In this document: one piece after another, positions 40,301 through 49,300 of the stretch
How the letters are laid out: every line of letters starts with the position of its first letter
Numbering within the stretch: position 1 is the stretch's first letter
Source of the DNA: Bacilli bacterium
GTDB lineage: Bacteria > Bacillota_I > Bacilli_A > RF39 > UBA660
Direction: 5' to 3'
DNA length: 64,000 nt
NCBI GenBank assembly: GCA_017527675.1
Contig: JAFXPU010000002.1
Span: 6,400 to 70,399, forward strand
Notes under the pieces: generated by a model
What the model was told of the DNA's origin: nothing
Databases searched by the model: none
What the model saw: only the letters and a program-made list of their open reading frames with translations
Position numbers and translations under genes: made by a program

Positions 40301-43300
40301 TACATCACCAATAGCAGCTTCAAGTGAATTATATTCAGTTCCGTTATATATCAAGAATGCTTCCTTATTAACTAAATAATTTACAGTCATTGAATTTCCA
40401 TAGTCAGAATAAGTATACATTACTTTATTGCTTAAGCGACTGTTGTTATTATAACCAGAACCTCCGCCACCAGCTGTAGCATAGTTGTTACCAGCAGCAC
40501 CACCACCGTAGTAACCACCACCACCGGCACCACCCATAATTTTATTTGAAATTGTTGATTCAGGACTACCACCTTTACCAAATGATCCATTTCCTAAATT
40601 ATTATTATAGGCAAAGTATCCAGGTCTATTTACTGTTGCACCAGTACCATAGTACTGTGGATAAGATGGAGATGGAACACCATCTGCAGCTCTGTAACCA
40701 CCGGCATCTCCACCAGAACCATATTCTGAAGAGCTCCAGTAACCAGAACCACCACCACCACCGGCAACAATTAAAATTGCTTCTTTATTATTTTCTAATG
40801 TTGATAACTCACCTGATGTTGTAGCAACATGTGTTGCTCCACCACCAGATCCAGAATAGAATCTTGTTGATGGATAAAGCATTACAGCATCTCCACCACC
40901 ATTATAACCACCTGGAATAGTAGTGTTATTATCATAACCTATTGTACCAGCACCACCAACATTAACATATAGTGTTTCACCAATACTTAATTCAATTTCA
41001 CCTGTAGCATATGAACCATATCCACCACGAATTGATTCACTATATGAACCACCTTGAGCACCCCATACTTCTATTTTGTATAAGCCAGCACATGGAGCAC
41101 TAAATGGTGCTTCTCCAGGTTCAGTAAATGAAGTAACAGAATTTTGTTCGCATACACCCTCAATAGTTTCGCCTAAATATGTTATCTTAGCATAACCATT
41201 ATTCATTTTTGCATATTCACTAATCGCTTCATCAGAAACATTATTAGTGACAATTGTTAAATTCTCTGATGTATTTTCATGTTCACTAGTAATTTCTTTT
41301 GCAGCACGTAATGCATTAAAATCTTGATTATATCCGCCTGATAAACCTCTTAAACGTCCTGAGTAGAAATTTGATGTACCACCATTTTTATATAATCCAA
41401 ATAATCCACCTGATACATATGGATCATAAATATCATTTTCAGCATTTGGATTACCAATTGTAACATATACAGTACTTGAAGCAGCATGGATACCATATGT
41501 ATCACCAACTACTGAACCATTATTCATTACTAATGTTGTTGTACTATAACTTTGTCCTGAGAACATATATATACCAACATTACCAGATTTAATATCAACA
41601 TCATTTATAGTTATAGTATTATAACTTTGACCATAATAACCTGGATTACTATAACGGTATATACCATAAGCACTACCTCCAGGTGTATTAATTATAGTAT
41701 CACCATTAATATTTAAATTACCACGTTCATCATTAATACCAAATGAATTATTAGCATTTGCATTTATTTCAACATCTGTTAATGTTACACTACTATATGC
41801 ATATACACCTGAGGCATTTTCAGCTGTCATTGTTGAATTTGTAATATTACAATCAGATTCAGAATAACAATATAAAACATACTTGTCATTACCTGAACCA
41901 GTAACAATCATATCCGTACCACTAACTGTTAAATTATCATAGTAAACTCTAACAGCACTTGATACACCAGTTATAACACTATCAGTTATCTTTATAGTTC
42001 CTCTTGGACTCTTATAAGAATCACTAAAGTAACCATAAGTACCTGTTGAAGTAATATTACTTCCATCAATTGATACCTTAGTATTATATCCTAATGTTCT
42101 AATTGCCTCATTTACTGCTGTAATAGAACTATCATTAACTTCTAATTGACAATTAGTATTTTCTAGTCTTATACCAACATTAGTTGCATTAATATCTGCT
42201 TCATTAACCACAAATTTTGAATTATCTTTGTTACATGTTAAAGCATTATAACTATTTATAGTTGTACCATCTAATGTTGCTGTTGTATTTGCATTAGTAA
42301 ATTGAATAGATGCACGTTGTCCATTATCAATAATATTCGTATCACCAATTGTTACATTTTTAGCAACTTCAATACCTTGAATATTACCACCACTAATAAC
42401 ATAATCTTCATGATTACTTAATAAAGCATATGTATCACTTTTTAAGTAAGAATCATTATCCATTGTAAATGTACCAACGTTATTAACAGCATAACCATTT
42501 TTAGCTTCAATACTAGAATTAGTAATATTTAATGTTCCATTATTATTAATAGTATTACTATTTGTAACTTGTTTTAAAATAATATTTTCAATAGTTAACT
42601 CGCCATCATTAGTAATTGGACTTGCACTTGTAATTGAACCTGGATTTTCAGATATATCATAGATTCTTAAAGTACCATTATTAGTTATTGGACTACCTGT
42701 TGTAATATTGTAACTTTGCATATTTATTTCAATATCATAATCTTCTCTTATTTCAATAGCATATGATGCCTCAAAATCTCTTACAATATTAACTGGTTTA
42801 CCCATATAGTTAGCTGTATCTATTGCATTTTGAAGATTGAAGAAATATTGAACATTTTCTCCACCATTTTCAATGATTGCAACAGCATTAGCTGGGTTAC
42901 CATTTAAGAAACTTCTTTGATATATTGTTCCAATTACTGGTTCTGTATAGAATGTATATCCACGAGGTAATGAATTAACTCCACCATTTAGAGTAAATTG
43001 ACCTTGTAAATATCCATCATAGAAGTTAAATGAGCCATTTTGTTCTAATGCTACTGTTGAACCAATAATAGCAATTGCTTCTGTTTCAATAGTTCCGTCA
43101 TTAACACCCATTGTTAAAGTTTTATTATTAACAAGACCAGTACCATCTGGATTATTAATAGTACCATTTAATAAAATCATAATACCATTATTAATAAATG
43201 CACCAGTTAAAGTATGACCACCTAAGTTGAAGGTTACATTCTTATTATTAGTTACATTTTCAGTTGTATCTTTAATAAGTTCAATTGTATCATTTTCATT

Positions 43301-46300
43301 TGCAGCTGCTAAAGCTTCAGCAATAGATACATAGTATTCATCGCCTATTTTAGCAACAGCATCATCATTAACTGTCCAAACAGCTGTAACAGTAGCATCT
43401 GATAAATTCATTGTTACAGTATTACCATCTAAGATTCCAGCCTCAGATGCTTCCCAATGATTGAATGTACAAGCATGTTTTTCAAGTTCACTTGGATTAT
43501 CAATTAATAGATATGGTTCACCATGTTTTAAGTAAACTAATCTAACTTCTTTTGATCCTTTATAGTATCCAGATTTTGGATCTATTGTTAAATATAAATC
43601 TGTATTACCAGCTATAATATCATCTATTGATAATGATTGAAGATATTTTCTTTCACTTTGTTCTTCATGTTTTGTAACAACACGTGCAAGATTAGCAATA
43701 GATGTTATTTCACCTTCCATAGCTTGGCTACCTTCAATATAACCATCATACATATTAAATGTATTATTGTTTTGTACAGCTATATTTTCACTTATTATTC
43801 TTATACTAACACTTGATACAGCTTCATCATTTTGACCCATGTTAAATGTACCATTATTAACAACAGCATAATCATCAAAGTTCATGATTGTACCATTATA
43901 AATATCAAGTGTACCATTGTTAGTTACTTTGGCTGTAATACTATATCCACCTAAATTAACTACTGCTTTACGACCAGAAGCAACTTCAATTTCGGTTTCA
44001 TCAGAAATTGGTTTTAATAAAGTAATCACACCACCTAATTCTTCATCATAAGCATTAATAGCAAGTTGTAATGATGAATAATAAGTTTCACGATATACAG
44101 CAACAGTTTGTCCACCGTAATCATTTTTAATATTTTCTAGCCATGCATATTCATAACTAGTTTCTTCATCGACATATGTTGTAACTTCTTGATCTTTTTC
44201 AACTAATGTAGTAGTTCCTACTTTAGCAAAACGAGAAGCCCAGATAACACCATCGTAGAAATTGAATGATCCATTTTCTTTATCTACACCAATACCTTTT
44301 GTAGTACCAATTGAGTGGATAACTGGATTTTCTTGAGATACATTATCTACTGAGTTGTCATAATGACCCATGATAAATGTACCTGGATTAATGTAAGCAC
44401 CATAAGTTGTTGGAGCATCAGATACATTAATTGAACCAGTTAATAATGTAGTTTGGGCATTAGCAGTAACCATATAAACACCATAGTTTTCAGCACTACC
44501 AACGGCATTTATTTCTGAATTATCAATTAAAGTGTTACCGCTGCCACTAGTTTCAATACCATAGTATTTACCAGTTTTTTGTTCAGCATGTCCAACAGTT
44601 AAACTACTTTCATTTTCTAATGTTAAAGAACCTGTATTAGAAATACCTTTAACGTAATATTTATAAGTATTAGTCTCATCAACTTTAATATTTGTATTAT
44701 TGATATCCATTGTTCCACTATTATAAATAGCTACATAAGTATCACTATAATTATAGTTTTGTGGACTACCTAAATTAATATTTGAATTATTAATAGTCAT
44801 AGTTGCTGAGTTACTAATTGAACCACCATTTGTATTAGTAACATTTACTCTTTCGAATGTTGCAATAGAATTACTTGAATTTGATATTGATCCATTAGAA
44901 CCAATTATGATATTAGTATCAGTTACATCTAAAGTAGTTCTTATACTTTCAATGTTTCCATCAAGTACTGTATTAATTCCATTACCAACAACAGTTACAG
45001 TTGCTTGGGAATTATCATTAGAATAAATACTATAGTTTTCACCACTATAATTACCACCAGTAATAGTAACATTTTTAGTATTATTAATTGCAATTTTACT
45101 AGCTACAATATTTGAAGAAGTTATATCTAATGAATTTGTATTATAAATTGCATTAATAGCATTCATTCTTGAATTATTAATTACTAAATTACTTGTATTG
45201 TTAATTATATAATTTGATGAACTAACATTAGTTAATTTAATGTTATTAATATTTAGAGTTCCATTATTATTAATTAAATTGATTGCAGATGAAGTTTTAA
45301 TATTTGCTTCATTTTCTGAATCATTAATTAAAGTAATGTTACCATTATTCGTTATTGTTTTATTTGTTGAAATTGTATAACCATGTAAGTCTAAGTTGAA
45401 ATGTTTAGTATTATTATTTGTAACAGAATAGTATAAAGGAACATTAGCTACTAAGACAACTGTTTGATCTGTATCAGCATCATTTATAGCTTCTTGTAAG
45501 TTAGTATATTCAACTCCTGTTTCCCTGTTATATGCTATAACACTTTCCATAATTAAATATTTAACTTTATAAGTTTCACCATCAATAATTTCTGTATCTG
45601 GGAATATTTGAGCATGAGGAGGAATATTAGAAATAATTCCATATTCAGCTTCTGTTGTTCCTTTTAAGATACCATCATAGAAATTAGTTGTTCCACCATC
45701 AATATATAAACCATAGAAAGTACCTTGAATCATTGGTTGAGTTATATCAATGCTATTATCTTCCACAACACCTAATATTGTTGTTCCAGTTGTATAAACA
45801 CCATAAGCACCACCAATAATAGAACCACCTGTAATAACACAGTTATCAGATGATGTATTTAAACCATTGTTATCTTCACCAGTAATAATACCGCCTGTAA
45901 TTAAGATTGTATTACCTGAATTAGTATTTGCAACACCATTTGTTTTACCAGTGATTGTACCACCATTGATAACTACATGGCCTAAAGCATAATAACTACC
46001 CTTAGTAACAGATACAGCAGTGCCAACTGTAGATGTAATAGTACCATCATTGATAGTTGTTGTACCATCTTGAATAGCAACAGCATTACTATTTGCTACA
46101 TTTGATGTAATAGTACCGCCATTAATAGTTGTTGTACCCCAGCTATCTAATGAATATGTATCAGTTCCTTCAATAGTACCACCATTAATTGTTAGAGTAC
46201 CACTACTATATACACCACCATAGTTATTAATTGTTAAATTATCAATTGTTAAAGTACCACCATTGTTAATAGCATAATCTTGATCAGCATTATATGTACC

Positions 46301-49300
46301 ACCTTCAATAGTAAGAGTACCAGTGTTATAAACAGCAGCAGTATTATATCCATCCGCATTACCATTTGAACGGATATTAGTTATACCACCATTACCAACA
46401 CTATCTTTAATTGTGTTAGTACCTTTAGTTTGAAGTGGTTGAGTCATAATAACTGAATGACCATTTAAATCGAATGTTATGATTTTACCATATGGAAGTT
46501 CTTGTTCATAATCAACATAAGCATCAGCAATAACTTCAATTGTACCTTCAGAATCAATTGCTGCTGTTGCGTTAGTTAAGGTATTATATTCAACTCCATT
46601 AACTCTTAACCAGTTACCAACTGGAACTAAATATTGAGTTTTATAATAATCACGATCAATATAAGTATAATCATCTTTGATCATATAAGCATCAGGTATT
46701 AAACCAATTAAACCATTATGTGGTTCTTCCATACCTTGTAAAACGCCATCAAAGAATTTTGTATAAGCAGTTGTATTTAAACCATATCTTTTACCAGTTA
46801 ATGATGGAGATTCAATTGATACATTTTTCTCATCATCACCTATTTGCGTTTCAGTTGATGTATAAACTCCATCAACTTCACCAATTATTTCACCAGCATG
46901 GATAGATAATTTAGCACCAATTGCATGAATACCATAAGAATCAGTACCTTTAACTTTACCACCAGTTATGTTTATGTCGTGGTAATAGCATCCACCCCAT
47001 CCAGAGTAATAACAGATATGTTCAATACCCATTGTACCAGTTACTTCACCGCCTGATACATTAGTTACCTGAGCTGTAACAACAGCAACACTATTATTAG
47101 ATTTAACTTCACCATTGGAAACTGTAATACTACCATAGTAAGAATATAAAGCATTATGAGCATTAGCTTCTACACTACCACCATCAACATGAATAGTAGC
47201 ACCAGCTCCCCCAATACCATAATTTTCGCCAAATATTGTTCCACCATCAACATAAACAGTTCCAACATTATAGTTGTATGGTGATGAAATACCCATATCT
47301 GAACCAGTAATAGTACCACCATGAACAGTTGTGTTACCTCTGTTGTTAATACCAGCAAATGATTCTTCAATATTGATATCATTTATAACTAAATTAGCAT
47401 CGTTAGTAATTGCATATTTATTAACATTAAAATAAGCATTGTTAATTGTAAGTAGACCAGATTCATTTATGATAACTTCATCTACTACTTCTGATAAATA
47501 ATTACCAGCTTCAATAGTTAATTTATTTCTATTTGTAATACCAGCAATTCTTGTTGGTTTTATTGTACCTAAATTACTGTCATCAACAATTGTTACATCA
47601 GAATCATTGTATATTGTTTGAGTACTTGTAATTGTATGACCATTTAAATCAAATGTAATATGTTTATAGCCAGTTTCTTCTGTACCATTATCAACAAAAT
47701 GTTGAGTAAATACTAAATCAGCATCTTTAATAACTGTAATGGTACCTGTTTCACCTTCACCAATAGCTTTAGATGCAGCATCGATAGAATTATATTCTGT
47801 ATCACCAACTTTTAACCAATTTTCATAATGAACAATAAAATCAGTTTGATATAAGTTTCCATCAATTTCTTCTTCACCTTCACCACCAACGCAGGCAAGT
47901 GGTAAACCAGTAATACGACCTTCATAACCATCTACTTGACCTTTTAAAATACCATCATAGAAATTAGTAACAGGTCCATCAATATATAAACCATAAGCAC
48001 CACCAATAATTACTGGATAATCTTCTGGCTCATCTTCATCAGTGTCTTCAAAACTGCCTATTGTTAAAGATCCTTTATTATAAACGCCATAGTTTTCACC
48101 ATAGATATCTGTTTCACTACCTGTAATTGTACCAGTACCCATTACCGTAATGGCATTAGCTTCACTACTATGTACTTTACCACCACTGATATTTAAGTTA
48201 GTTGTAACCAATGCATCATTTGCTGATAACACTTCACCACCAGAAATAGTAGCAGATGAAACCGAAACTGCACGACTTTCTGATGTAACCTTACCACCAG
48301 TAACTGTTAAAGAATTATTTGAATAAACACCATAATTTTTACCAGTTATCTCACCAGCAGAAATATTAACGTTGCAACTACTGATACCAATATTTTCACC
48401 TTTAACAAGTCCACCATAAACATTAACAGTTTGACCACCGCAAGATATAGCAGTATCGTTATCAGAATAAACATCACCAGCATAAACATTAACAGTTGCA
48501 CCACTAATAGCAATTCCATTAACTGATTTAATTTCGCCATTATTATTAACATTAACAGTACCTGATGAAATAGCATTACCTTGGCTAGTTATTAAACCAC
48601 CATTAGCATTAACAGTACCATAGCCATCATAGTAATTAGATATACCTGTTGTTTGAGATGAAATAGTACCATCATTTACAGTAATAGTTCCTCTATTGTA
48701 TATCATTGTTGTATCATAGTTTGTACTTATTTCACCAGCATTCATTGTAATAGTTCCTGTATTAGTAATAGCTGGAATATAATTTCTATCATCTATTTTA
48801 TAAACATGTAATTTAGTATTTTCATCTAAGACAATTGAACCAGTATTATATAAACCATAAATAGTACCATCATCAACAACTAAATTATCTGATTTATTAT
48901 ATAAACCATAATTACCAGTTGAATCAATTAATGTATCCTCAGTAAAGGTAATTACGGCATCAGTATTATTATAAATACCATATCCACCTTTAGAAGTAAT
49001 TTCTGTATCATCTAAGTTTAAAGTATTATTATTTTGAATTACGTTACTATCAGTTGTTGCTACAAGATCAACATCATCAATATCCATAACACCATTATTA
49101 ATGATTGTAAATGATGTTTTTAATTTACCATCGTCTTCAGCAGAACTTAGTATCTTGAAATATCCATTATTAGTAACTGTATTACCAATTGATACTGTAT
49201 GACCCATAGTGTCAAAGAATAATCTTGAGTTTTCAGGAATTTCTATTTCATAAGGTGCTTCAAAATTACGATGAGCATAAACTATAAAGTTTGAATCTAA

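Noticed and set aside
36000-41000. The glycine-rich repeats as a possible CRISPR array or collagen-like/PE_PGRS-type region
   Set aside because: The repeats are in-frame coding sequence about 2.2 kb apart. They are not short direct repeats with unique spacers, and the Gly runs lack G-X-Y periodicity.
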